64,000 nucleotides of DNA, taken from the IMG/VR virus record IMGVR_UViG_3300042387_000948, positions 62,001-126,000 of that record; one strand, 5' to 3'. Positions 1-9,079 of this stretch are shown in pieces. The notes beneath the pieces were generated by a model. The model worked only from the letters and a program-made list of their open reading frames with translations, made no database searches and was not told where the DNA came from. Position 1 is the first letter of the stretch; every line of letters begins with the position of its first letter. Position numbers and translations under genes: made by a program.

Positions 1-81
1 CGTAGATTAGTTTATGGTTATTCTTTTCTTGTCCGTATAATGAAACTGATAGTAATAATGCTGAAATCAATAATAATTTTT

Positions 82-825
82 TCATATAAATTCTATTTCT
101 TTTGTTTTAAAATTGTAATCAAATGTTACTGGTTTGTTAATGTAGTTATATCCCAATGATAAGTTAGAACCATTTATACAATGTGTTTTACCAAAATGTA
201 CATAACCATAGCCTTCGTGAATGTGTCCGCATAAGTGGAAATCTGGCTCTAAATTCATTATGGTTTCTCTTAAATCCTCACATCCAACATTCATATTATT
301 GTTGGTTCTATCTACTACACCAAATAGAGGACCGTGCGTAACTATGATATTAGCATCCGGCGGAATAGTTCCCCACATCTCTCTACTATCCTCTCCCCTA
401 CTCACATTGAATGCCCAATCTCTACCAAAGCGTGCTGAATATGGTGAACCCCAAATCTTAACTCCCTCAATATCAACCGATTCATTCTCTAAATAGATAA
501 CACCATCGGGTAGATTACCAATCAATTCAGTAACCCATTCCGGCTTACCTTCAACTACTGGTAAATCCCAATCGTTTGTACCATCAAAGTATTGTGCTTT
601 CTTACGATATAGTATTTCGGATTCAAATGAAAGGTCGTGATTTCCAACAATGAACACTTTGTATTTGTATGGTAGATTACCAAACCATTTTACAAATCGT
701 TCGCATTCACTCTTCCTACCCAACGAAGATATATCTCCGCTGTGTATAATGATATCCCCACCCGGCAAATCTGCGGTAAGCTGGTTGTGTTTGTTGTGGG
801 TATCTGAAATGTGTGTTATTCTCAT
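82..825 (-). CDS. Metallophosphoesterase (calcineurin-like, MPPED-type)
   Basis: Motifs SDTH, HSGD, GNHD, THGP, GHIHE; start likely at MRITHISDTH. Confidence 0.9.
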   Translation of the reverse strand: MRITHISDTHNKHNQLTADLPGGDIIIHSGDISSLGRKSECERFVKWFGNLPYKYKVFIVGNHDLSFESEILYRKKAQYFDGTNDWDLPVVEGKPEWVTELIGNLPDGVIYLENESVDIEGVKIWGSPYSARFGRDWAFNVSRGEDSREMWGTIPPDANIIVTHGPLFGVVDRTNNNMNVGCEDLRETIMNLEPDFHLCGHIHEGYGYVHFGKTHCINGSNLSLGYNYINKPVTFDYNFKTKEIEFI

Positions 826-858
826 TGTAAAAAATTTACAAAACATTATTTATTGTAA

Positions 859-890
859 CAAATATACAAAACTTTTTTGATATATCCTAA
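859..890 (-). promoter_or_regulatory. Bacteroidota-type promoter (TTAGG-N19-TATATTTG)
   Basis: Matches the -33/-7 (TAnnTTTG) consensus; same spacing at 11604, 12367, 15328, 15485, 15658, 23470, 34972, 63000. Confidence 0.75.
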
Positions 891-900
891 TTTAACTTAT

Positions 901-1035
901 TAAATATCGTTACCCCACTTCTTGCGTATGTATGCGTAATATCTATCTAACTTTTTGTCATTGTATAGAAAATATACAAAGTATATATCCCACCAAAACT
1001 CAATCTTTTTTGTAACTTTTTTTAAGGTTTCCATT
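901..1035 (-). CDS. Small hypothetical protein (METLKKVTKKIEFWW...)
   Basis: 44-aa ORF read by eye, abutting the next gene in the operon. Confidence 0.55.
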
Positions 1036-1278
1036 TTAGTCAAAGTATAAGGTTGCTATATCATTTTCATCAACAGATGCATATCCTAAATGATTTTCGT
1101 TGTTTATAAACGAATCTGGGTCATTGGGGATGCTAGCATCTCTAACTTCACCATCAACAGATACATACTTAATATTTTCATATTGTATAACCTGTAATGT
1201 TTCTGGATTTTGTAAACCATGTACAACTGGTTCACCTTCTAATCCTAAATTTACTAATTTAAATAATTGCTTTTCCAT
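1036..1278 (-). CDS. Hypothetical protein
   Basis: ORF in tightly packed minus-strand run. Confidence 0.7.
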   Translation of the reverse strand: MEKQLFKLVNLGLEGEPVVHGLQNPETLQVIQYENIKYVSVDGEVRDASIPNDPDSFINNENHLGYASVDENDIATLYFD

Positions 1279-1282
1279 AATT

Positions 1283-1486
1283 TTATTTTAATAATTTTTT
1301 AATTAAGTTTACCCAATATCCAAAATAGAATGTTGGTACTATAAATATTGCCTTAATAAATAACAAAAGTTGAAAAGATATTTGAAATCTAGCATCATCA
1401 TTCCTCTCTAACAATCTATCATTTATCCTCTTTGTTATTGGATATGTGGCAATTATCCATACTATAATAAATATATAGATACCCAT
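1283..1486 (-). CDS. Small membrane protein
   Basis: Two hydrophobic segments. Confidence 0.65.
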   Translation of the reverse strand: MGIYIFIIVWIIATYPITKRINDRLLERNDDARFQISFQLLLFIKAIFIVPTFYFGYWVNLIKKLLK

Positions 1487-1489
1487 AAG

Positions 1490-1813
1490 TTAGAATCTAC
1501 TTGAACGAATGAATGAAATAATTTGCTCTTTAATCAATTCCTTATATACATCTTTACCAACTTCTTCTTCGGTAACTTGCATCACATCAAATGCATAATC
1601 AACTGCATCGGTAACACTATACTCTGAATAGTTTGGGTTTACCTTATCCAACATTTCATCAAAGTTTTTACTTTGAGGATTTAAATAAGAATACTTACCA
1701 TTGTTATATTCATCCATTAAATCAAAGTATTCCATTGGGGGAATCTCATAAATTGCGTTATCCATTTCTTCTTTTGTTAGGTTATTTAATTTAGTTTCTT
1801 TAATCTTACTCAT
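1490..1813 (-). CDS. Hypothetical protein
   Basis: ORF packing. Confidence 0.7.
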   Translation of the reverse strand: MSKIKETKLNNLTKEEMDNAIYEIPPMEYFDLMDEYNNGKYSYLNPQSKNFDEMLDKVNPNYSEYSVTDAVDYAFDVMQVTEEEVGKDVYKELIKEQIISFIRSSRF

Positions 1814-1825
1814 AGTAGTTTAGGT

Positions 1826-2158
1826 TTAATCGAACCATTGGGAACGATGTGTTTTTACATTTTTAATTCCTTCATCTTTATACTTAGGGTCTCCCCCTAA
1901 TTTTTCAGTAGCTTCGGAAATTGCGTTATATTTGGCATCATCTCCAATTCTACCAATTTCTTTTGCGGTTTTTAATTCTTTCGTAGATAATTCACCACCA
2001 TTTGCTAATGCAGCAAATGTTTTAGCATGATAGGTATCTAATGGACGAGTAAATTGTTTTAGGTAATTTGCTTTCGAATCTAAGTACTCAAAGAAGTCAT
2101 TTTCATCCAAACAATTCAGTTCGTTTTGTGTTAGTTCGTTTTCTGGATTATATTTCAT
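1826..2158 (-). CDS. Hypothetical protein
   Basis: ORF packing, ATGA overlap with upstream gene. Confidence 0.7.
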   Translation of the reverse strand: MKYNPENELTQNELNCLDENDFFEYLDSKANYLKQFTRPLDTYHAKTFAALANGGELSTKELKTAKEIGRIGDDAKYNAISEATEKLGGDPKYKDEGIKNVKTHRSQWFD

Positions 2159-2364
2159 TGTATTTCTTCAAAAGGTATTTCAGGTGCCTCATTAACTAAA
2201 TAATAGGTTGTATGGTCTTTGATAATAGTTTCAACACCATAAACTTCTGCTAAGTGTTCTCCCCCAAATTCGTTTACTGCTTTAGTAAACCAACCATCGA
2301 CTGAAAACATTCTCTTAACCACATATACCCTTCCGTTTGCGTGTAAAAATTTCACTCCTTCCAT
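2155..2364 (-). CDS. Hypothetical protein
   Basis: ORF; start probably at MEGVKF. Confidence 0.55.
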   Translation of the reverse strand: MEGVKFLHANGRVYVVKRMFSVDGWFTKAVNEFGGEHLAEVYGVETIIKDHTTYYLVNEAPEIPFEEIQ

Positions 2365-2531
2365 CTCATTTAACCCAATCATCATATGCTGCTTGGTATG
2401 CATCTACTGGTTCGTATCCGTCTCTAATCATTCGTTCTGCCTCATCGACAACTTCCTCTCTCAATCCCCAAGCAGATGCCTCAATACAAATTAATTCTAT
2501 TTGCTGTAAATCTCCTAAAGTAAGTTCCATC

Positions 2532-2795
2532 TTAGAAATTGTTTATATTTTCCGAATAAGTTGTTTTACCTGCGGTTTGTACGGAAATGGTTTCACCTTT
2601 GGTTGTAAAATAATGGTAGTGTCCGTTATCCCAAAAACGATAAACTTTTACACCATCTTTATCAAAAAGGTATTCTACTTCAAATCCATCATCCTTACCA
2701 ATTCTTTCTTTTGATATTGGTTCGTTTGTACAAGCTCCAAAAATCATAGCACCTAATCCAATAAGTACTATGTAAATTGCTAATGTTTTTTTCAT
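2532..2795 (-). CDS. Lipoprotein, DUF4884-like
   Basis: Signal peptide with FGAC lipobox; FEVEYLFDKDGVKVYRFWD motif. Confidence 0.65.
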   Translation of the reverse strand: MKKTLAIYIVLIGLGAMIFGACTNEPISKERIGKDDGFEVEYLFDKDGVKVYRFWDNGHYHYFTTKGETISVQTAGKTTYSENINNF

Positions 2796-2834
2796 ATATC
2801 TAATATAGTAAAAAGTTTTGATATTTCCTAATGT

Positions 2835-3296
2835 TTACCAAGAAGATGAATAATAAATGTCCTGATTGGGATTTGTTTCACCGATTATCTTATCTAACAT
2901 TTCAATAGTGTTTTCAACACCATCGTAATACCACTCATCGTAATCGGTATTTCCAAAGAAGAAACCAGATGTAGATGGTAATAATTCCTCCGCTTTACTA
3001 TGGTCATTCAACACCTCCGTACATATATTTCTAAGTGTTTCTAATTCACTTTTACTAACGGAATACTCCCCACAATTATCTACACCATTCTGAACATTCT
3101 CTACGAACCATCGGTGAATTTGGTTTTGCTTTCGCCAATACCCAACTTCCTCTTCGATGTTGGTAACGTTGGATATATCAATACCATCGTATGGTTTACC
3201 ACCCTTTGTGATAGTAACTTCAAACTGCTCTTCCGGCGCTTGATGTGACCATTGTTTAACGTAGGTCTTACGAGTCAAATACATATCTAATCCCAT
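2835..3296 (-). CDS. Conserved phage hypothetical protein (MGLDMY...YWRK family)
   Basis: MGLDMYL, GYWRKQNQIHRWF, GFFFG, YYSSSW motifs typical of a widespread phage family. Confidence 0.75.
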   Translation of the reverse strand: MGLDMYLTRKTYVKQWSHQAPEEQFEVTITKGGKPYDGIDISNVTNIEEEVGYWRKQNQIHRWFVENVQNGVDNCGEYSVSKSELETLRNICTEVLNDHSKAEELLPSTSGFFFGNTDYDEWYYDGVENTIEMLDKIIGETNPNQDIYYSSSW

Positions 3297-3303
3297 ATCT
3301 TTA

Positions 3304-3855
3304 TTATTTTATAAGTAATACTTTTATTGCTTCTGCTTTTTCTTTTGCTTTCTTAGCTGTTATTCCAAACTGCTCCATCAATGCTCTTTCTAACGATATC
3401 TCACCACCAATATCTTTGTAACGATTTAGGTTTAATGGTAACAATTGCCCATTTTTTATTGTATCAATTACATTTTGAGATTTTAACTCATCAATACCCA
3501 TAATAGCACCTTTGAATGGTTTTCGTAATTTATATAATGATTTTAATTTATCATAATATGTTTCTTTAGATTCTGGATATGTCTTAACATCTCTGGTAAA
3601 AAATGTATAGAAAGGTAATTTGTCTTTTAACGTTTTAATTACGCTTTTCATTTCACCAACAAGTTTAGGATTTGATGGTGCTGCTATAATTCTTATTATG
3701 ATTGGATTTCCATCATTTTCAAATTTAAATACTTGAGACCTACCAACTCTGATGCATTCTCCAAAAATAGTTTCCAACAATGGTAAGGTGTTATTAAATT
3801 CTTCTTTTGCTGCCAATCCATCCAAATAAGGACTTCTATTTACATTAGTATTCAT
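3304..3855 (-). CDS. Hypothetical protein
   Basis: ORF; start probably MNTNVNR to avoid overlap. Confidence 0.65.
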   Translation of the reverse strand: MNTNVNRSPYLDGLAAKEEFNNTLPLLETIFGECIRVGRSQVFKFENDGNPIIIRIIAAPSNPKLVGEMKSVIKTLKDKLPFYTFFTRDVKTYPESKETYYDKLKSLYKLRKPFKGAIMGIDELKSQNVIDTIKNGQLLPLNLNRYKDIGGEISLERALMEQFGITAKKAKEKAEAIKVLLIK

Positions 3856-3859
3856 ATTA

Positions 3860-4120
3860 TTATAAGTAACATTGTTTATGTGTGAGTGCCAATAACTTAA
3901 TAACTCTAATGTTATCACTATCCGCACGAGTAACTGCTCCAACCAAATCGTTAGCACAAACTGCTTCTACGAAACCACCGCCAGGATACGATGTCTTATC
4001 ACGCGTTGCCATAATCGAAACCATCATTTCAATGTTGTGGTCACTTACATTTGGAAACTCTGATTTCCACTCATTAGCGAATTGAATAGCTCGCTCTCTA
4101 TATTTCTCTCTGATATCCAT
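3860..4120 (-). CDS. Hypothetical protein
   Basis: GGFVEAVCANDLVGAVTRAD motif seen in small phage proteins. Confidence 0.7.
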   Translation of the reverse strand: MDIREKYRERAIQFANEWKSEFPNVSDHNIEMMVSIMATRDKTSYPGGGFVEAVCANDLVGAVTRADSDNIRVIKLLALTHKQCYL

Positions 4121-4131
4121 ATATTTGGGGT

Positions 4132-4581
4132 TTAATAATTTTCTTCTTCTTCAGCGTACTCCTCTTCATTATACTCATCATCCTCATCTTCATCATCATC
4201 GTAGAAGTAACCTTGATGCTCACATCTTTCAGGTCCTTTCATATCGTACACCCAACCTTCTACTTTTTCAGTTAAGTTAGGATAAAACACACCTTCAGCA
4301 AAATCACCAGAATGATTATTATTAGCAAATACCAAATCAATAGCAAACAATCTAGCAGCATTATTGTATTCATCACCTTTTAATTCGGAAACAAATCCGT
4401 TCATTTCGGCAAGTAATTCATAGAAATCTTTACCACCAAATACACCATAACCTTCGTAATCATTTTCCGTCCAAATGTTTCCGGCATTATCCGTCATATA
4501 AACTCTAAACGTATCACGATTAGAGAAAGTACTAGCGATACTCTTATTAGTATCCATTGTGTTCCAACTGAAAAGTCCCAT
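4132..4581 (-). CDS. Conserved phage hypothetical protein, acidic C-terminus
   Basis: MGLFSW, YEGYGVFGGKDFYELLA motifs. Confidence 0.75.
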   Translation of the reverse strand: MGLFSWNTMDTNKSIASTFSNRDTFRVYMTDNAGNIWTENDYEGYGVFGGKDFYELLAEMNGFVSELKGDEYNNAARLFAIDLVFANNNHSGDFAEGVFYPNLTEKVEGWVYDMKGPERCEHQGYFYDDDEDEDDEYNEEEYAEEEENY

Positions 4582-4599
4582 AGTTTTATATTTTAAAGA

Positions 4600-4848
4600 T
4601 TAATAACAATATTCTGATTCGTAAAAGGTAACTGACGGATAAACTTTAATCAATGAACAACCGTTGCTTGGTAAGTATTTGGTTAAATACTCATTATATT
4701 CCTCTTCACTATGTAAGGGGAAATCCATACTACCACCTTCGGGAGTGGCAACGTGCATTCTAACACATTTGTAATCGGGAATATACCCAGTTATACGAGC
4801 CGAAATATATTCAGAAAAAGTTTTAAAGGTAAATTCGAAATTATTCAT
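4600..4848 (-). CDS. Hypothetical protein (putative early)
   Basis: ORF directly downstream of class II promoter. Confidence 0.65.
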   Translation of the reverse strand: MNNFEFTFKTFSEYISARITGYIPDYKCVRMHVATPEGGSMDFPLHSEEEYNEYLTKYLPSNGCSLIKVYPSVTFYESEYCY

Positions 4849-4883
4849 ATTAAAGGGGGTTATGTTGAACTCTTATTACTTAA

Positions 4884-4920
4884 TAAAGGTAAGTAAAATA
4901 AATGAGAAAGTCAAGCCTTT
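4884..4920 (-). promoter_or_regulatory. Class II promoter (GCTTG-N20-TAnnTTTA)
   Basis: Identically spaced copies at 4884, 5341, 12822, 29382, 29712, 31948, 32116. Confidence 0.7.
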
Positions 4921-4934
4921 TCTCATTTATTTTT

Positions 4935-5294
4935 TTATAAACCTCTCTCCCTACGGAACATCATATTGTGGTATTCTGCTTCCGAATACTCTACCACTTT
5001 AAGGTAAGGAGCAAACTTGGTTTCGTAGTAACCTCTAAGGTTAGCCATATCAATTAATGAATCAATAAATGACTTACGAACATAAGTCATATCAGATGAA
5101 CCAAACCCCTGGTCTTCCGGCCAATCAGAGTAATCATCGGCAACTTCAGAAAGTGCCTCATAAACTGCATCGCCATATGTGATGATACGTTTTGTAAAAC
5201 GTCCTTCAACGGGGAAAGCGTTTTTAACAACTTCAAACCCTTCTATTAAAGAAGCGGTTTCTAAAACTGAATTAAGATTGAATGGTAAACTCAT
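4935..5294 (-). CDS. Hypothetical protein (putative early)
   Basis: ORF downstream of class II promoter and conserved leader. Confidence 0.7.
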   Translation of the reverse strand: MSLPFNLNSVLETASLIEGFEVVKNAFPVEGRFTKRIITYGDAVYEALSEVADDYSDWPEDQGFGSSDMTYVRKSFIDSLIDMANLRGYYETKFAPYLKVVEYSEAEYHNMMFRRERGL

Positions 5295-5375
5295 AAAAAA
5301 GGGGTTTTAGTGAAGTGATACTAACTCCAGTACCACGTAATAAAGGTACGCAATTTTTATGAATTATACAAGCTT
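5295..5375 (-). promoter_or_regulatory. Class II promoter plus conserved hairpin 5' leader (copy 1)
   Basis: ~44 nt nearly identical to 29666-29709. Confidence 0.7.
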
Positions 5376-5394
5376 TTTGCCAAATATTTTTAAA

Positions 5395-5811
5395 TTATTT
5401 TAAAATATTTTCATCATACCATTCAAATATTTCTTCATCTTTTTTTATGTATCTAAGTGCAATTCCCTTGGTTGATATGTTTACATTTTCTTTGTTTGGA
5501 TATGCCGAATTGCAAAAGCAAAAGGGATTGAACATAAAGTTTAACCCCTCAAACAATCTTATTATTTTAAATCCACACTCACCATTTATAAAATACTTAT
5601 CTAATAAATTGAGTACTTCGGATGGAATTTTGTTTAATTTTTCATTTGATACCAAATATATTCCAGATTTCAACTGCCATTCTGGAAAAACATTTTCACC
5701 CTTTAATATATCTCTTATAGCAAATACACCCACGCCATCTACTTTAGAAGGTCTTATTTCGGTTTTCACATTTTGCGAAAGATGATATATAACTTCTTCT
5801 TCAATATCCAT
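5395..5811 (-). CDS. SET-domain-like protein
   Basis: IRPSKVDGVGVFAIRDILKGE and ALRYIKKDEEI..Y SET motifs. Confidence 0.75.
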   Translation of the reverse strand: MDIEEEVIYHLSQNVKTEIRPSKVDGVGVFAIRDILKGENVFPEWQLKSGIYLVSNEKLNKIPSEVLNLLDKYFINGECGFKIIRLFEGLNFMFNPFCFCNSAYPNKENVNISTKGIALRYIKKDEEIFEWYDENILK

Positions 5812-5813
5812 TT

Positions 5814-7340
5814 TTATTTTTTACTAATTTTACCTTTAGTTAGTGCATCAAAGAATTCAGTATTTTTCATAACTTTAATTCCATTTAGCATATTTTTACG
5901 ATTAACAGAATCAAACTCATCTTTAATACTTTTTGGTGTATATCCATAAGAATCTAAAGTATGTTGTGATACTTCTTTAGTTATATGACCCATCCCCATC
6001 ATAGTCCAACACCAAACCCCCCAATTACCTGCTCCACGATAAAAATCAAAGTTCAACGTAGATGGGCATCTGTGTTTTGCCACGTCTAATATATGTTTTA
6101 CTTTATCGGTTCGTTTTAAATCATACTTACAATACTTCCAAAACTCCGTATCTTCTCTATCACTCATATAGTGTAGTTGAATCAAATCTTTAATATCATC
6201 AAATAACTTATTTAAAAAAGTATTGTGCTGATTTATATTGGTTTCAAAGTTTACATTTTCTTTTGTAGTGGCAAAATTTAATGAAATAGTTGATAGGTAA
6301 TCTAATTGTACGATGGTAGTATGTATGGATGTTGCTTCTAATGGTTCAACAAATCCAGCAGATAATCCCACCGCAACCACATTCTTTACCCAAATGTTTT
6401 CTAATCTACCACAATCAAATTTAATATTACGGATGGGTTCTACATCTTTACCTAATGATTTCCTTAATTCAGCTAATGCTTTCTCTTCGGTAGTAAACAT
6501 ATCCGAATAAACGTACCCACAACCATATCTTTCTTGCGTTGGTATTTTCCACATCCATCCATTTGATAGAGCGTGTGATAGTGTTTCCAACTTAGGAACT
6601 TCGTTTGGTTCGAATTGTTGGATGAATGGCATTGCATTATTTGTTGGTAGGTATTCTGAATAACTTTTCCACCCACCACCCATTGGATTGATTAAAACTC
6701 TAGCAAATCCACTACAATCAATCCACAAATCACCTTCGATAGTTCCTTTGGTAGTTTCTACACTGTCTAACTCACCATTTTGTGTATTTTTGTTTAAGGA
6801 TAGGACTTCACTATCTATTACTCTAACACCATTTTTAAGTGCATATTCTTTCCAATATTTACCCACCGCATGTGCATCAAAGTGATACGAATGGCCCATT
6901 ATACTTCTACCATCGGTTGAAATATAAGATGATAGATTTTTGTTCATAAGATAACCAGATGGAGATGCGTTTGCATAATCACCTAATATATGAGATACTA
7001 ATAAATGAGTATCAATAGTATGATGATTTGTTTCGGACTGTTGTATAGGACTTAGGAATTCAGTACCCACACCATTCCAATCTTTAAATCGTATGCCTAA
7101 CTTTAATGTTGATTTAGTTTTATTTAAGAATTCGGGTTCATTTATACCCCAATTTTTAAAATGATGATTTACTATTTGAGTAAATGTACCAGTTGAACCT
7201 TCACCTGCACCAATTATTGGTATTTTGGATGATTCTATAACTGTGATATCATTTATATTATTACCTGATTGATTAAATCTTGCCACATAACACGCAGCCA
7301 TCCAACCTGCAGTTCCCCCACCTACTATAACAATTTTCAT
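5814..7340 (-). CDS. Flavin-dependent tryptophan halogenase family protein
   Basis: GGGTAG, IGAGEGS, catalytic K in TLKLGIRF, WMWKIP, FVEPLEATSI. Confidence 0.9.
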   Translation of the reverse strand: MKIVIVGGGTAGWMAACYVARFNQSGNNINDITVIESSKIPIIGAGEGSTGTFTQIVNHHFKNWGINEPEFLNKTKSTLKLGIRFKDWNGVGTEFLSPIQQSETNHHTIDTHLLVSHILGDYANASPSGYLMNKNLSSYISTDGRSIMGHSYHFDAHAVGKYWKEYALKNGVRVIDSEVLSLNKNTQNGELDSVETTKGTIEGDLWIDCSGFARVLINPMGGGWKSYSEYLPTNNAMPFIQQFEPNEVPKLETLSHALSNGWMWKIPTQERYGCGYVYSDMFTTEEKALAELRKSLGKDVEPIRNIKFDCGRLENIWVKNVVAVGLSAGFVEPLEATSIHTTIVQLDYLSTISLNFATTKENVNFETNINQHNTFLNKLFDDIKDLIQLHYMSDREDTEFWKYCKYDLKRTDKVKHILDVAKHRCPSTLNFDFYRGAGNWGVWCWTMMGMGHITKEVSQHTLDSYGYTPKSIKDEFDSVNRKNMLNGIKVMKNTEFFDALTKGKISKK

Positions 7341-7343
7341 ATA

Positions 7344-7601
7344 TTAAATTCCGTCTGACGTTATACTTTGATTTTTCATAAATTTGATATAGTCTACTTT
7401 ATCAAATCCACCACCGTCATCTGGGAATAGTAGATTAACTCTTCTATCCATACCAATACCAACTCCTATAAACCCAAAACCCTCACAAATAATACTTTTG
7501 TAATATCCACAAGGTATTTCGGTTATTATTTCATCTATATCAAAATCCCATCCTAATTGGGGATTATGGAGTTCGCAATATTGCTTACTAAATTCAGCCA
7601 T
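7344..7601 (-). CDS. Hypothetical protein
   Basis: ORF packing. Confidence 0.7.
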   Translation of the reverse strand: MAEFSKQYCELHNPQLGWDFDIDEIITEIPCGYYKSIICEGFGFIGVGIGMDRRVNLLFPDDGGGFDKVDYIKFMKNQSITSDGI

Positions 7602-7648
7602 CTTTTTATTTTTTTGTAAATATACAAATAAATATTGGAATATCCTAA

Positions 7649-8194
7649 TTATATTCTAACTACCCAACTCCCATCTTTAAATGTAGCGTCTACTTTATCA
7701 TCAAAAATTTTACCCAAGTTATGTCTAATATTTCCCCAACCATAATCATGCCCACATACAAACCCACCTGGCTTAATTATACTTTTATAATGCGTAATAT
7801 CATAGTAAACACCATCAACGGTATGCAATCCATCAATGTAAACCATATCCCATTGTTGTTGGTTTAGGATTGGGAACGCATTTTCTGATGTATCTCTTAT
7901 TGATTTTATGTTTGATAGGGGTAATGTATTCTTTATAAATTCAGCATATACTTTATCAAATGGTGCATATCCGTTTGAAATAAAATCAAAATCAACATCA
8001 TAATTAACAAAAGGGTCTACCGATACCACTTCTTTAAAGTTTTGGGCAAACATTAAAGTACTTTCACCAACATAACTACCAATTTCAATCATCCTCATTT
8101 CAGATGTTGGTGTTACATTATTTACCCAATCAATCATTTGTTGCAAACCCTCTCTATGTTCAGGAAATCGCATTTGATAAAAATTATCTTTCAT
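7649..8194 (-). CDS. Class I SAM-dependent methyltransferase (Methyltransf_24-like)
   Basis: IEIGSYVGES, YIDGLH, GGFVCGHDY. Confidence 0.85.
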   Translation of the reverse strand: MKDNFYQMRFPEHREGLQQMIDWVNNVTPTSEMRMIEIGSYVGESTLMFAQNFKEVVSVDPFVNYDVDFDFISNGYAPFDKVYAEFIKNTLPLSNIKSIRDTSENAFPILNQQQWDMVYIDGLHTVDGVYYDITHYKSIIKPGGFVCGHDYGWGNIRHNLGKIFDDKVDATFKDGSWVVRI

Positions 8195-8203
8195 AATTAT
8201 TTT

Positions 8204-8659
8204 TTATAGTTTAACTAAGTAATCAGCTGCATAAGTTGCAATTGGACCTAATGTTTTGTATCTAACTTCATAACCCATACCTTCAACCATACCAACCGCC
8301 TGTCTGAACACTTCGTTTGATTTGTATCTTGGGTCTGGGTTCAAGTCCACATCAATCCATCTTGCTTTTGGAATACCAGCAGCTTGTAATGTTTCCGCAG
8401 TTTCAATGGCATACCATACTTCATTTAATAATCTAACTGAACGAGCTGGTTCTCTTCCAACTTTCCATCTACGATATAATACGTGAGCACCTTTACCTCT
8501 ATTATACAGGGCAACCACAACAGCGTATATCGTTTTATCCGAAAAGTTTTGCGAATCGCATCCAATTAAGATATCTACATCGTGGTGTGTTTCTAAGTAT
8601 TCGGCGATGTAGCTCTCTAAGTGAACTTCTTCTCCACAATACAATTTCCTGTAATCCAT
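8204..8659 (-). CDS. RNase H-like YkuK/DUF458 family protein
   Basis: IGCDSQ, RLLNEV, IDVDLN, ATYAAD motifs. Confidence 0.8.
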   Translation of the reverse strand: MDYRKLYCGEEVHLESYIAEYLETHHDVDILIGCDSQNFSDKTIYAVVVALYNRGKGAHVLYRRWKVGREPARSVRLLNEVWYAIETAETLQAAGIPKARWIDVDLNPDPRYKSNEVFRQAVGMVEGMGYEVRYKTLGPIATYAADYLVKL

Positions 8660-8703
8660 AGTTTTATTGTTTAAGTAATCATTTGTTATAACGTTTTAGT
8701 TTA

Positions 8704-8795
8704 TGGTAGAGAGTACCGGATTCGAACCGGTGGACAGGTTTAACCCCATCGGCAGTTTAGCAAACTACTGGTATCAGCCACTCACCCAACTCTCT
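8704..8795 (-). tRNA. tRNA-Ser(GCT)
   Basis: Cloverleaf, long variable arm, encoded CCA. Confidence 0.9.
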
Positions 8796-8804
8796 ATAAA
8801 TATA

Positions 8805-8978
8805 TGGCTGTAGTGGGAGGATTCGAACCATCCACAATGCGATTCAGTTAGTAACATCCGCCGGCCGGCTTGGTGGTCTACCCCATATTACTAACCTATT
8901 TCGTACTCATCACCCCCGAGACAGGAGGGCTTGTCTGCCAAATTAACACACGTGCTAATCATTTTCCAACACACTACA
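8805..8978 (-). ncRNA. Giant tRNA-Asp(GTC)-like RNA with D-loop and variable-arm insertions
   Basis: 7-bp acceptor TGTAGTG/CACTACA plus GCCA, TTCGAAT T-loop, CCCTC-CTGTCTC-GGGGG anticodon arm, ~80 nt structured variable insert. Confidence 0.7.
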
Positions 8979-8985
8979 ATTTTAA

Positions 8986-9074
8986 TGGAAGAGGGAGTAG
9001 GATTCGAACCCACGGACCTGTTACAGTCTCTTGATTTCAAGTCAAGTGCGATAGACCAACTCTGCCATCCCTCC
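8986..9074 (-). tRNA. tRNA-Ser(TGA)
   Basis: Cloverleaf, long variable arm, CCA. Confidence 0.9.
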
Positions 9075-9079
9075 TTATT

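Noticed and set aside
8895-8915. Hammerhead-like GTGATGAGTACGAAA inside the giant tRNA-like RNA
   Set aside because: The core has G instead of C, there is no real stem II or stem I, and the bases are better explained by pairing within the variable arm.
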